From an uncultured Candidatus Saccharibacteria bacterium (GTDB taxonomy: Bacteria; Patescibacteriota; Minisyncoccia; UBA6257; 1-14-0-10-44-23): a stretch of DNA of 64,000 nt. The DNA lies in the NCBI GenBank assembly GCA_964549935.1, contig CAZJVT010000001.1:155922-219921 (forward strand). The letters run 5' to 3'. The position numbers were made by a program, and so were the translations under genes. Position 1 is the stretch's first letter, and each line of letters opens with the position of its first letter. This document shows positions 30,412 through 39,888 of the stretch, in pieces. The notes beneath the pieces were generated by a model, which was not told the DNA's origin, searched no databases, and saw only the letters and a list, made by a program, of their open reading frames with translations.

Positions 30412-30996
30412 ATGAAAAAGGGAACACCGCTAGTTATTGGTCTTGGCGTGTTAATTGTCGCCTTAGTATTAGTAGGGATTTTTTGGCCGGCTACAAAAAC
30501 AGGGACACCGCCGGCTCCGGTCGTTACCGAGCTGCAGCGATACACGAATACCGCGAATGGATTCTTGCTTGAGTATCCGAAGGGGGCGACGGTCAAAGAA
30601 GGAGACCCCGAGGGGATTTATCTTGATGCAGATACCAATAACGCGACGACGGTTGTTTCTATCGTTTTCCCGCGAGTTGATACGTTTTCAGAAAACGGCA
30701 GTCACGGTTACTACCAGGCACAGGTCCGGGTAACGGCGACGATGACGGCCAAGTTTGCTTGTGCAATTGATTCCGACACGACCCCGACTGTCACGACGGG
30801 CAGCGATGCCGGAGCAGGCAACCGTCTTAACTGGACTCGTTACGGATACTGTCACGGCGGCAAACTGTACGGCGTCTACGACTTGTTTATGTCCGGCAGC
30901 GACGGTACGCCGCTTACGCCAAAGCTCGAGGCGGATATCGCCACGATGAAAACGCAGAGCGCGGCGGTTGCGAAGAGTTTTGAGTTCGTACAGTAA
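30412..30996 (+). CDS. Membrane-anchored hypothetical protein (PsbP-like)
   Basis: N-terminal TM and YTNTANGFLLEYP motif. Confidence 0.7.
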   Translation: MKKGTPLVIGLGVLIVALVLVGIFWPATKTGTPPAPVVTELQRYTNTANGFLLEYPKGATVKEGDPEGIYLDADTNNATTVVSIVFPRVDTFSENGSHGYYQAQVRVTATMTAKFACAIDSDTTPTVTTGSDAGAGNRLNWTRYGYCHGGKLYGVYDLFMSGSDGTPLTPKLEADIATMKTQSAAVAKSFEFVQ

Positions 30997-30997
30997 A

Positions 30998-31237
30998 CTA
31001 CATTCCCTGCAACTGTTTGTAGATATCGAGCGAGCTTAGGAATTGCGGGATTGCGATGAGCAGTCCGAGCAGGGGAAGGACGGTGACGATGAGGGTAATA
31101 ATGAGCGTCCACTTAAAGAACTTGCGCATCTTCTCGGAAGACTTGTAGACCGCGTCTAACTTTTGCTCCATCGCCGTAAAGCGCTGGTCGAAGTTTAGAT
31201 TTGCAGTTTGAGCCGGTGCCGGGGTTTGTTCGTCCAT
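30998..31237 (-). CDS. Small membrane protein
   Basis: Coiled segment plus a TM helix. Confidence 0.7.
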   Translation of the reverse strand: MDEQTPAPAQTANLNFDQRFTAMEQKLDAVYKSSEKMRKFFKWTLIITLIVTVLPLLGLLIAIPQFLSSLDIYKQLQGM

Positions 31238-31245
31238 AATTTTGT

Positions 31246-31539
31246 TTAGCGGTTTTTATTTTCTTGTGCGAATTTCTTTTGCGCCTCTTTCGCTATTTCG
31301 ATACACTCCTGCGGGTCGTAACCCAGGTCGTCGCACCAGCGGATAGTTGAGAAGATCATATTGCCGAGCTCCTTCTTGAGGTCGGCGTCGGTGTGGGTGC
31401 GGGCGTCTTTTTCTGCGCCGCGCTCGTATCTGCAGAGATCGCCAAGGTTTTTACCCAAGCGGACGATGATTCGTGAAAGCGAGAGCTTTTCATCGCCCCA
31501 GATCTGCCGACTCTCTGCCAAGAGGCCCTTAATGTCCAT
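31246..31539 (-). CDS. MazG-like all-alpha NTP pyrophosphohydrolase family protein
   Basis: LGDL...LKKELGN pattern. Confidence 0.55.
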   Translation of the reverse strand: MDIKGLLAESRQIWGDEKLSLSRIIVRLGKNLGDLCRYERGAEKDARTHTDADLKKELGNMIFSTIRWCDDLGYDPQECIEIAKEAQKKFAQENKNR

Positions 31540-31606
31540 GCTTTTAGTATATCAGAAATGGAGTAAGCACTTTGCATTTGTAGGAAAGCGGGGTTATAGT
31601 GTGCGT

Positions 31607-32368
31607 ATGACTACACTTTATATTTATCTAGTGATTTTCGCCTTTATATTACTTGTTATTAGTATTCGGCAGATTAACCAGTATGAACGGGGGGTGAAGT
31701 TCACGCTTGGTAAATTTACTAAATTAATGGAACCCGGATGGCGCTTAGTCATTCCGATTTTCCAGAGTTATAAGAAAGTAGATATTCGCGTCAAAGCCGT
31801 TGACGTGCCAGACCAGAAGGCGATTACGCGTGACAACGTTTCGGTTACCGTAAACGCAGTGCTTTATTACAAGGTGTTTGCGGCCGAAAAAGCGGTTATT
31901 GAGGTTGAGGATTTTCAGTATGCTATTTCGCAGTACGCCCAGACGACTATGCGCAACATTGTCGGTGAGGTAACGCTTGATGAGCTGTTAGCGAATCGTG
32001 ACAAGATCGCCGAGCGTATCCGTGAGATTGTCGACGTTGAAACTGACGCCTGGGGTCTTAAAGTAAATAACGTTGAACTCAAAGACGTTAGCTTGGCTGA
32101 AAATATGGCCCGCACGATTGCGAAGCAGGCAGAGGCAGAGCGCGAGAAGCGTGCGGTTATCATCAACTCTGAGGGTGAGGTTGCTGCCGCGGAAAATATG
32201 GCTAAGGCCGCCGGCATTCTTTCGGCGGTACCGGGCGCCCTACACTTGCGTACACTTCAGACGATTAATGATGTCTCCTCTGATGAGTCCAACACGATGA
32301 TTTTTGCGATACCGATTGAGATTTTGAAGGCGCTTTCCGGCTTCGGGAAGAATGCTAAAGGAGAGTAG
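31607..32368 (+). CDS. SPFH/stomatin (slipin) family protein
   Basis: QYERGVKFTLG, ITRDNVSV, AQTTMR and QAEAEREKRA. Confidence 0.92.
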   Translation: MTTLYIYLVIFAFILLVISIRQINQYERGVKFTLGKFTKLMEPGWRLVIPIFQSYKKVDIRVKAVDVPDQKAITRDNVSVTVNAVLYYKVFAAEKAVIEVEDFQYAISQYAQTTMRNIVGEVTLDELLANRDKIAERIREIVDVETDAWGLKVNNVELKDVSLAENMARTIAKQAEAEREKRAVIINSEGEVAAAENMAKAAGILSAVPGALHLRTLQTINDVSSDESNTMIFAIPIEILKALSGFGKNAKGE

Positions 32369-32438
32369 TTTCTCGGGCTTTTTCTGGCCGGATTTTTTCG
32401 CTATTGAAAAAAAGCCCGCGAAATAGTAAGCTTTACGG

Positions 32439-32561
32439 ACAATTTAATATTCTGGAGTAGTTAGTGGGTTTTGGCCACCAGGCCAAAACGGGCAACTTCC
32501 ATAAAACTACTAGAAGGAATTGGTTGCCCTGGAAGATCGCCGAGCGCGAGGCGTTCTACCA
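32439..32561 (+). ncRNA. Candidate pseudoknotted RNA / tRNA leader
   Basis: P1 32450-32467 pairs with 32499-32515; hairpin GTTTTGGCC-ACCA-GGCCAAAAC; crossing helix GGGCAAC/GTTGCCC. Confidence 0.55.
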
Positions 32562-32612
32562 GCGGATAATAGATTTATTAGAAATATCGTGGTTTCTCAA
32601 AACTAAATACAT

Positions 32613-32892
32613 TCCGGAGTAGTTCAGTGGTAGAACGCCTCGCTGTAAAGGTATTGCAGCTTTCAGCCGAAAGGTTGATTGAAAAATCTTGGGATAACGG
32701 TGGAGTCCTACTTTTGTAGGAGAATACCGTGGGAACTGGAATATATCATATATGATATATTCTGGAGCGCCGTAGAGACTAGATACCAGGAGACCTAAAA
32801 CGCAAGTCATGGTCGTGATATAGTCCACCCCTTTCAGTAATGAGAGGACACGTGTAACGAGGATGTCGTAGGTTCGATCCCTACCTCCGGAG
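32613..32892 (+). tRNA. tRNA-Asn(GUU) split by a group I intron; exons 32613-32646 and 32855-32892; CCA not encoded
   Basis: Acceptor TCCGGAG/CTCCGGA with G73, D-arm GTTC/GAAC, anticodon stem CCTCG/CGAGG and T-arm GTAGG-TTCGATC-CCTAC. The spliced loop is CT-GTT-AA. Confidence 0.9.
32647..32854 (+). ncRNA. Group I self-splicing intron (208 nt, no ORF)
   Basis: P1 exon GCTGT pairs with GCAGC through a U-G wobble; R element CGTAGAGACTA; S element GATATAGTC; P7 GACTA/TAGTC; terminal G. Confidence 0.88.
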
Positions 32893-32928
32893 CTGACATT
32901 TTTAGGAGACTTGGAGTATACTTTTTTT

Positions 32929-33411
32929 ATGAAGGTTTACTGTATTGGTGGAGGATCCGGCACTGGCAAAACAACCGTTTGTGAAGAGTTGAAGAGAAGG
33001 GGCTACCAGGTTGTGGATGCCGATGAAGAGTTGGCATTTTTTGCTGATCCAAAGACTCGTTTACCTGTAAACGAGAAGACCACGCATTGGCTGTGGGATA
33101 AAGAAGAATTTCTTGCAGCAATTCAGAAGGGTCAGAACGAACCTGTCTTTGTTTGCGGGGGAGCAACGAATCAGGACGAGTTCAAAGATCATTTTGAAAA
33201 GATGTTCACGTTGCACGTAGACGATGCCGTGCTTAAGCATCGCCTTTTAACGAGAACTAACAATGACTTTGGTAAGGATCCAAAAGACTTAGCTCAGCAG
33301 CTTGAGTGGAATAAGAATGCAATTACATATGCCAAGCAGCGGGGCACGACGCTTATCGATGCAACAAGACCGCTCAAGGAGGTGGTAGACGAGATATTGC
33401 GTTTGCTTTAA
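32929..33411 (+). CDS. P-loop nucleotide kinase-like protein
   Basis: GGSGTGKTT Walker A motif. Confidence 0.8.
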   Translation: MKVYCIGGGSGTGKTTVCEELKRRGYQVVDADEELAFFADPKTRLPVNEKTTHWLWDKEEFLAAIQKGQNEPVFVCGGATNQDEFKDHFEKMFTLHVDDAVLKHRLLTRTNNDFGKDPKDLAQQLEWNKNAITYAKQRGTTLIDATRPLKEVVDEILRLL

Positions 33412-33434
33412 CCTAAGGATGTAAAAATAAATCG

Positions 33435-33839
33435 ATGAAAGAAGTAATAATCGACGGGAATAACTTTTCAAGCAGAGGTGGCTTTATGCTCGAGATCCGC
33501 AGAAAATTCGCCAAAGATTTAGGTTGGGCGGATTATAATTCCGCAGGTGAAGTCAACCTTGATGGAGTTAATGATTTTCTAAGAGGTGGATTTAATGTTT
33601 ACGACTATGAAGAAAAGGTTCGAGTATTATGGAAAAATTCGGCAAAAAGTAAAATCGACCTCGGGAAAGAAGAAACACTAAAATATCTTGAGCATATATT
33701 AAAGCGCTGTCATTCGACTAATATTGAACATGTGAAGAAAGAAATCGAGGCGGTCAAAGAAAATAGGGGTCTTTTGCTTTTTGATCGAATCCTAGGACTT
33801 TTCGCTGATAAGCCATATATTGAGCTGCGCTTGGAGTAG
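33435..33839 (+). CDS. Barstar family protein
   Basis: IIDGNNF...NLDGVNDFLRGGF pattern. Confidence 0.75.
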   Translation: MKEVIIDGNNFSSRGGFMLEIRRKFAKDLGWADYNSAGEVNLDGVNDFLRGGFNVYDYEEKVRVLWKNSAKSKIDLGKEETLKYLEHILKRCHSTNIEHVKKEIEAVKENRGLLLFDRILGLFADKPYIELRLE

Positions 33840-33897
33840 AATTTAGACAAACTAAAAGAAAGTTCTAATTTCCTTAGCCAAAGGGTATACTTTTGCT

Positions 33898-34323
33898 ATG
33901 GCAACAATAAATCCTTGGATTAACTTCAACGGCAACGCCGAAGAAGCGTTTACGTTTTATAAATCAGTCTTTGGCGGAGAGTTCGCCAAGGTTATGCGTT
34001 TTAAGGACCTAGCGGGGCCTGAATTTCCGGTAGCAGAAAAGGAGGCGAATAAAATAATGCATATTGCTCTGCCAATCGGCAACAATTTTTTAATTGCCAA
34101 CGACGTTCCGGAAGTTATGGGACGCGTAAATGAGAATGAGAACAGGAGTAAGATTGCGATTAGCGCAGAAAGTAAGGAAGATGCGGATAGGTTATTCGCC
34201 GGCCTTTCGGCGGGTGGGCAGGTAGAAATGCCAATTGCTGACAGTCCTTGGGGTTCCTATTTCGCAATGTTTAGAGATAAGTACGGGATTGAGTGGACAG
34301 TTGAATTTTCTCCGGGGAAATAG
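33898..34323 (+). CDS. VOC/PhnB family protein
   Basis: FNGNAEEAFTFYKSVFGG and DKYGIEW. Confidence 0.88.
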   Translation: MATINPWINFNGNAEEAFTFYKSVFGGEFAKVMRFKDLAGPEFPVAEKEANKIMHIALPIGNNFLIANDVPEVMGRVNENENRSKIAISAESKEDADRLFAGLSAGGQVEMPIADSPWGSYFAMFRDKYGIEWTVEFSPGK

Positions 34324-34363
34324 AGCATCTCTGACAGAGGCCAATACCTAGGGCCTCTATTAT

Positions 34364-34615
34364 TCACCTATGCGTACACCCCGCCCAGCAGCAGGGGCGG
34401 CGCATGCCGTCTTCCATTTTAGAAATTGCTTTTTCGATTCGGATATTACGGGTTTCGGCTTTTTTACCGGAGGTAACCCAACAAATCCACTCGTTGCGGG
34501 CGAGCGGGGTGATATCTTCCCATAGTGCCTTCACTGCAGGCACTCTAACGAGCTCCTTTTGCAAGTCCTCGGGTAATTTGTGTACTGTGCCGCTGGCGAT
34601 TTTTTTGCTCTTCAT
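34364..34615 (-). CDS. YdeI/OmpD-associated family protein
   Basis: ITPLARNEWICWV...RRPCCWAGC. Confidence 0.8.
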   Translation of the reverse strand: MKSKKIASGTVHKLPEDLQKELVRVPAVKALWEDITPLARNEWICWVTSGKKAETRNIRIEKAISKMEDGMRRPCCWAGCTHR

Positions 34616-34678
34616 AATGTGATTTTATCAAGAAGTTGTCAGTGCCGTCCACCTGCTTTTTCACCACTTTATTCGTTT

Positions 34679-34703
34679 GTAAGCAAATGTCATCATGTCC
34701 GTC
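34679..34703 (+). promoter_or_regulatory. ECF-type promoter GTAAG-N16-CGTC
   Basis: Directly upstream of an ECF sigma gene; the same spacing occurs at three other loci. Confidence 0.6.
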
Positions 34704-34714
34704 TTCAACGGTAT

Positions 34715-35224
34715 ATGACTATATCACACAAAAAGCAAGCAATACTTGCTGAGGCGTATCGTGAATATGAGCCAGCACTTAAGAGATACTCATTTTTTAA
34801 GGTCGGGAACCGTCCGCTCAGCACTGATCTAGTCCAGGAGACCTTTATTAAGACATGGAATTATATAGCGCGGGGTGGGCACATTGAGATGATGAGGTCG
34901 TTTCTTTATCATGTTCTGAATAGTTTGATTGTCGACGAATATCGGAAGCGTAAAACAATTTCACTAGATACACTCCTCGAAAAAGGGTATGAGCCTTCAA
35001 TCACTGAAGAGCCGAAGCATCTTTCTAACATGATCGACGGCAAAGTGGCCTTAGAGCTGATTCCGCGTCTTCCGGAAAAATACCAAACAATATTGCATTT
35101 GCGCTACGTGCAAGGTCTTTCTCTCTCTGAGGTTGCAGCTGCAATGGGGAAGTCAAAAAATACAATCGCGGTACAAACGTATCGAGGCCTTGAAAAATTA
35201 AAAAGTATTTATGAGGAGGTATAA
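34715..35224 (+). CDS. ECF RNA polymerase sigma factor
   Basis: DLVQETFIKTW, FLYHVL and region 4 GLSLSEVA. Confidence 0.9.
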   Translation: MTISHKKQAILAEAYREYEPALKRYSFFKVGNRPLSTDLVQETFIKTWNYIARGGHIEMMRSFLYHVLNSLIVDEYRKRKTISLDTLLEKGYEPSITEEPKHLSNMIDGKVALELIPRLPEKYQTILHLRYVQGLSLSEVAAAMGKSKNTIAVQTYRGLEKLKSIYEEV

Positions 35225-35282
35225 ACGTGAACCCGCCGCGATCCTCCTGGACGCGGCGGGGTTGCGTGTTGCTCTTCGCTCA

Positions 35283-35813
35283 TCATTGAGGCGAATCGAT
35301 CGAGTCGAGGTTGGATCTGGGCCTATGCTGCCGCTTTTCAAGCATCACCAGAACTTCCAGGAATCGATCGAGATGAGCATCGTTGACAGCGTTTCCTGCA
35401 GGCGTCCAGCCGGTCGGCTCCTCGAAAGGTTCGTTGATTGCCTCTTGGAGATGGCTCCATTCAGCCGGAGTCAGGATCTCGAGCGGATTCAGCTCTCGGT
35501 CCCTGATGAGCTTCCAGAGGCGAATCATCGTACTCACCCTGTCCAGATGGCAGTCTTCCAAGTGGAGATACCAGATGTAGCCGTGCATGACGACAGGACC
35601 GGTCACGATCCCGATCCCGCAGCAGGCCGGGTTAGGGTGATCTGTGCCCCAGACGCCCAGGATGATCCAAGCACCGAGCCAGGTGAAGAGCCAGGCCACC
35701 GTAAGCGCCACCCATTCGCTCCTGTCGTACCTGTAGAGCTTAAGCCGCCAGAACAGGCGGGCCTTTCTCCGGAAAGTCCATTTCGCCATTGCGACACACT
35801 CCTTTGCAGACAT
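35283..35813 (-). CDS. GC-rich orphan two-TM membrane protein
   Basis: AAGGAG SD before the internal ATG (MAKWTF), two TM segments and a GC hairpin downstream at about 35231-35262. Confidence 0.65.
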   Translation of the reverse strand: MSAKECVAMAKWTFRRKARLFWRLKLYRYDRSEWVALTVAWLFTWLGAWIILGVWGTDHPNPACCGIGIVTGPVVMHGYIWYLHLEDCHLDRVSTMIRLWKLIRDRELNPLEILTPAEWSHLQEAINEPFEEPTGWTPAGNAVNDAHLDRFLEVLVMLEKRQHRPRSNLDSIDSPQ

Positions 35814-35926
35814 CTTCCTTTCCCAATTTTATCGTAAAACGTTTTTTAAGATTTTTCAAGATCATGCTTTATCGAGTCTTACGGCTGATAATTGACGAGG
35901 TCAGCGTAACTTACTAGGCTATATAT

Positions 35927-38338
35927 ATGCCGCGAGCTAAAAAAACTCCGGAACTTTTCGAGCAAAATTTACTTAAAAGCAGCGTAGATGGTATTTTTGC
36001 TTTTGACACAGACTTGCGCTATACCGCCTGGAACCCGGCTATGGAGGGGTTCACGGGCTTGCGCCACGCCGCGGTTATCGACAAACATATTCTTGCTGTC
36101 TTTCCGCATTTTGAAAAAACTGGCGAGGCAACGCACTACAGGCAGGCGCTCGCTGGTACTAGTAGTATTTTAACTGATTGGCCGTTTGCAGTACCAACAA
36201 AAAAGAAACAAGGTTTTAGCGAAACGTATTTTTCGCCCCTTAAAGATGATACTGGTGCCATCATCGGTGGGCTTGGCATTATTCGAGATATTTCAGAGTA
36301 TAAATTAGCAAAAGAAGCCGGACTCAAAGCTGAACAGCAATTTCGAACTCTCGTACACACCTCTACGGATATTATTTGTGTCATTTCTCCAGCAGGGCAT
36401 TTTTTACTCCTTAATCCTGCGTGGGAGAAAATAACCGGCTGGAGTACTGCCGAATCACTTGGGATGCACTTTTTGGATTTCGTTCATCCAGAGGATCAAT
36501 CACTTGCCACTCAAAGTTTTGCCTCCTTTAAGGAAGGAAAATTTCTTGATCCTGTTCGTGCTCGTCTCAAGTGCAAAGATGGCCAATATCGTATTCTTGA
36601 GGCAACTGCCAGCCCTCTTATTGAAGATGGGGTTATTACCAGCCTTCTTGCTGTCGTGCGCGATGTTACCAGTCGAGAGCAAAACGAAAAAAAATTGCGC
36701 ACCTGGGCGCGAATTTTTGAAAGCATTGATATTGGCATTAAGATTTCTAATTTAGATGGGACTGTTGTAGAGGCGGTAAATCCTGGTTATATACGAATGC
36801 ATGGTTACACCTCAACTGAAGAGTTGCTGAATTTGCCAGCTATACGACATTATTCGCCAGCGGTGCAGCAGGAGTTAAAAAAGCATAATGCAATTTTAAA
36901 AAAACAAGGATATTCTGCTTACGAAAGTGAGCACGTCAAAAAAGATGGAACTGTTTTTCCAGTCTCTGTTGAGGTGACCCTTATTAAGGATGATGCTGGC
37001 AAGCCGCAGTATCGGGCAGTTATTGTTCGAGATATTACCGCGCGTCGAATTCTCGAAAGTCAGCTCCATGACTATACCAAAAGTCTCGAAAGTAAGGTCG
37101 CAGAACGTACGCGGGCTCTTGTTGATAGATTGAGCAAGGAGGCACGCGAAAAGGCAAAAGACGAAGCACTACTAAGCAGCATCGGTGAAGGCGTTATCGC
37201 GACTGACGCAGAGATGAAAATTGTTTTCATTAATAAGCAAACGGAGCTGTTGCTTGGATGGAGAGAGGGGGAGATGCTTGGCAAGAAGGTTTTTGACGTT
37301 CTCCAGGTGCACGATAAGAATCATAAACCTATTCGGTCTGAGCGGAGGCCTATCGCTATGGCAATGGCTACTGGTAAAAAAATAGCTACAAGCGACTATT
37401 CGTATGTACGTAAAAATGGTACTGAGTTGCCTGTCGTGCTAACTACTTCAGCGGTTGTGCTCGACAATACAATTTTTGGCGCTGTTACTGTTTTTCGTGA
37501 TATTACGAAAGAAAAAGAAGTTGATAGAGTCAAAAGCGAGTTCGTTTCACTAGCAAGTCATCAGTTGCGCACTCCGCTTGCAACAATTAATTGGTATGCA
37601 GAAACTTTGCTTTCGGGCAAGGTGCCTTCGGTTAGCGAAAGGCAGAAGAAGTATTTACACCAGATATATGATGCAAGTCGCAGAATGGTTAAGCTCGTGC
37701 ATGACCTCCTCAATGTTTCAAGGCTTGAGCTCGGTACTTTTAAGCTCGACCCAGGGCCGCTTCGGTTGCCAGAGCTTATCCAGGAAGTCATCGAAGAGGC
37801 GAAGCTCTCTGCGAAAAGCCAAAAAATTACCTTAGCAGTACATTTCAAAGAAAAATTACCAACACTGATGATTGATCGGCAGCTTATTCAGATTGTTTTT
37901 CAGAACCTTCTCATGAACGCTATAAAATATACTCCATCGGGAGGGTCGGTCACGATTGAAGCCTCATATTATCCTGAGGGGTATGAGACTAAGCACACGC
38001 CGCATGATTTGCCAGAGGGTCCTGTTGTTATTTGCGCCATAACAGACACCGGTTACGGCATTCCTCGAGAGGCTCGCGAGAAGGTATTTACAAAATTTTT
38101 TAGAGCCGATAATGTAAAGGATAGAGGGCAGGATGGGACAGGGCTTGGCTTATATATCGTCAAATCCCTTATTGCTCTCCTTAAGGGTTCAGTCTGGTTT
38201 GTCTCGCCGGGGCACCCGCTCTTTAGGGCTCGGCAGAGGCAGGGCACTACATTTTATGTCGCCATCCCGGTACCAAAACGTCGCGGGCTCTGGGGCTGGA
38301 ATATAAAAAAGATCATTAAGGATACCGAAGAAGACTAA
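35927..38338 (+). CDS. Multi-PAS sensor histidine kinase
   Basis: Four PAS domains, SHQLRTPL, NLLMNAIKY, DTGYGI and GTGLGL. Confidence 0.93.
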   Translation: MPRAKKTPELFEQNLLKSSVDGIFAFDTDLRYTAWNPAMEGFTGLRHAAVIDKHILAVFPHFEKTGEATHYRQALAGTSSILTDWPFAVPTKKKQGFSETYFSPLKDDTGAIIGGLGIIRDISEYKLAKEAGLKAEQQFRTLVHTSTDIICVISPAGHFLLLNPAWEKITGWSTAESLGMHFLDFVHPEDQSLATQSFASFKEGKFLDPVRARLKCKDGQYRILEATASPLIEDGVITSLLAVVRDVTSREQNEKKLRTWARIFESIDIGIKISNLDGTVVEAVNPGYIRMHGYTSTEELLNLPAIRHYSPAVQQELKKHNAILKKQGYSAYESEHVKKDGTVFPVSVEVTLIKDDAGKPQYRAVIVRDITARRILESQLHDYTKSLESKVAERTRALVDRLSKEAREKAKDEALLSSIGEGVIATDAEMKIVFINKQTELLLGWREGEMLGKKVFDVLQVHDKNHKPIRSERRPIAMAMATGKKIATSDYSYVRKNGTELPVVLTTSAVVLDNTIFGAVTVFRDITKEKEVDRVKSEFVSLASHQLRTPLATINWYAETLLSGKVPSVSERQKKYLHQIYDASRRMVKLVHDLLNVSRLELGTFKLDPGPLRLPELIQEVIEEAKLSAKSQKITLAVHFKEKLPTLMIDRQLIQIVFQNLLMNAIKYTPSGGSVTIEASYYPEGYETKHTPHDLPEGPVVICAITDTGYGIPREAREKVFTKFFRADNVKDRGQDGTGLGLYIVKSLIALLKGSVWFVSPGHPLFRARQRQGTTFYVAIPVPKRRGLWGWNIKKIIKDTEED

Positions 38339-38340
38339 CT

Positions 38341-38739
38341 ATGATTAATCAAAAAAAGAAAATTTTGATCGTTGAAGACGAGGCTCCGCTCCGCCAGGTT
38401 CTTAAGGATAACTTACAAGAGGAGGGGTATAAGGTTGTCGAGGCTACTAACGGCGCACAGGGGCTTCGTCAAGCCGAAAAAGAAAAGCCTGACCTTATTC
38501 TGCTTGATATTTTGATGCCGAAAATGAATGGTCTGACGATGATGGAGAAATTTCGAACTACGCCAGCCGGGGCAAACGTTCCGATTATGCTCCTCACGAA
38601 CGTTTCTGCCGATCGAAAAATCATTAAGAATCTGGTGAAGTATATGCCGGTTTATTATTTTGATAAATCAAGCAGGACGATCGCCGAACTGATTATACGC
38701 ATCAAAGCACGCTTTGATACTGACGCAGAGCTCGTTTAG
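38341..38739 (+). CDS. Single-domain response regulator
   Basis: ILIVEDE and LLDILMP. Confidence 0.92.
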   Translation: MINQKKKILIVEDEAPLRQVLKDNLQEEGYKVVEATNGAQGLRQAEKEKPDLILLDILMPKMNGLTMMEKFRTTPAGANVPIMLLTNVSADRKIIKNLVKYMPVYYFDKSSRTIAELIIRIKARFDTDAELV

Positions 38740-38748
38740 TAAAAGTCT

Positions 38749-39135
38749 TTAGGAATTTTGTGCGGCCACAACGATTATCGTTGCTTTAAAGTCCTTATTT
38801 TGAAGCTGACAGGATCCCGCATTCTTCAAAAGAAAGCGCTGCATTTGATTTGGATACAGATCTTTGACGTCTGCTATTTTTTCCATAATTTCATCGCCCG
38901 CACATCGCAGATCTTCTGGGGAGTAGGCGTAGCGGTTAAGAACAAGACTGAAGCGGCGGCCTACTTCATACGTAAGCATCTTTCCATTATCCGCAATTGT
39001 TATTTCTTTTGGACAATTTTTAACACATGACTGCTTGCTGGCAATCGTTTTACCCGGTATGAGTACGACCATAAGCACAAGTATCGCTATGATCCCTGCG
39101 CTCATGAGTATATTTCTAATGCGAGAAGAAGGCAT
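38749..39135 (-). CDS. Secreted or membrane-anchored hypothetical protein
   Basis: N-terminal TM and four Cys residues. Confidence 0.65.
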   Translation of the reverse strand: MPSSRIRNILMSAGIIAILVLMVVLIPGKTIASKQSCVKNCPKEITIADNGKMLTYEVGRRFSLVLNRYAYSPEDLRCAGDEIMEKIADVKDLYPNQMQRFLLKNAGSCQLQNKDFKATIIVVAAQNS

Positions 39136-39190
39136 ACTCTTTAAGCCGAGCGAGAAAAGCTTTCATTACGAAGTATGAGTATAGCCGCGC

Positions 39191-39215
39191 GTAATTTCAT
39201 TCATTCTAAACCGTC
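39191..39215 (+). promoter_or_regulatory. ECF-type promoter GTAAT-N16-CGTC
   Basis: Upstream of the MORN-VOC-VOC genes. Confidence 0.55.
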
Positions 39216-39231
39216 GTATATACTATAAATA

Positions 39232-39444
39232 ATGAAGTACGTAAAATATCACAACGATGGCAGCGTTTGGGCGAAGGGGACTTTAGTGAAGGGTATAATG
39301 GAGGGTAAGTGGATTTGGTTCAGAAAAGATGGGAGTAAGATGCGGTCAGGTAGTTTTAAGAAAAATAAGCAGGTTGGGGAGTGGATTACATACGACAAGA
39401 AAGGAAAGGTAGTTAAGAAAACAAAATTTAACATTAATAATTAA
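39232..39444 (+). CDS. Small MORN-variant repeat protein
   Basis: GKWIWFRKDG...GEWITYDKKG. Confidence 0.8.
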   Translation: MKYVKYHNDGSVWAKGTLVKGIMEGKWIWFRKDGSKMRSGSFKKNKQVGEWITYDKKGKVVKKTKFNINN

Positions 39445-39454
39445 AAATAATTTT

Positions 39455-39877
39455 ATGGATCCAGTAGTACACTTTGAGATGGGATATAACGATCGGGAGC
39501 GGATGAAGACATTTTATTCAACAGTGTTTGGGTGGAAGATGCAGCAGATGGGCCCGGAGATGGGACAGTATGTTGTCGCGCAAACGACGGAGACTGACGA
39601 GAAGGGCATGATCAAGACGCCGGGAAACATCAACGGCGGCTTCTACCAGAAGATCGCCGACCCGCTCTCGCACGCTCCGTCAGTCGTGATTGCGGTTAAG
39701 GATATCGAGGCGGTGATGAAAAATGTTGAGGCAGCCGGCGGTAAGTTGCTCGGCGCAATGGACGAAAAGGGTGAGCGAAGTATGAAGCCGATGATGATTC
39801 CGGGCGTAGGCCTCTGGATTTCAGCAATGGACACCGAAGACAACCGCTTCTCGATTTTGCAGCCCAATCAAATGTAA
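39455..39877 (+). CDS. VOC/glyoxalase family protein
   Basis: VVHFE...FYSTVFGW and INGG. Confidence 0.85.
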   Translation: MDPVVHFEMGYNDRERMKTFYSTVFGWKMQQMGPEMGQYVVAQTTETDEKGMIKTPGNINGGFYQKIADPLSHAPSVVIAVKDIEAVMKNVEAAGGKLLGAMDEKGERSMKPMMIPGVGLWISAMDTEDNRFSILQPNQM

Positions 39878-39888
39878 GCACTGCAACT

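Noticed and set aside
32613-32892. Alternative splice after U33 giving tRNA-Thr(UGU)
   Set aside because: P1 pairing places the U-G wobble at U35, and the U1-A72 pair with discriminator G73 fits Asn rather than Thr.
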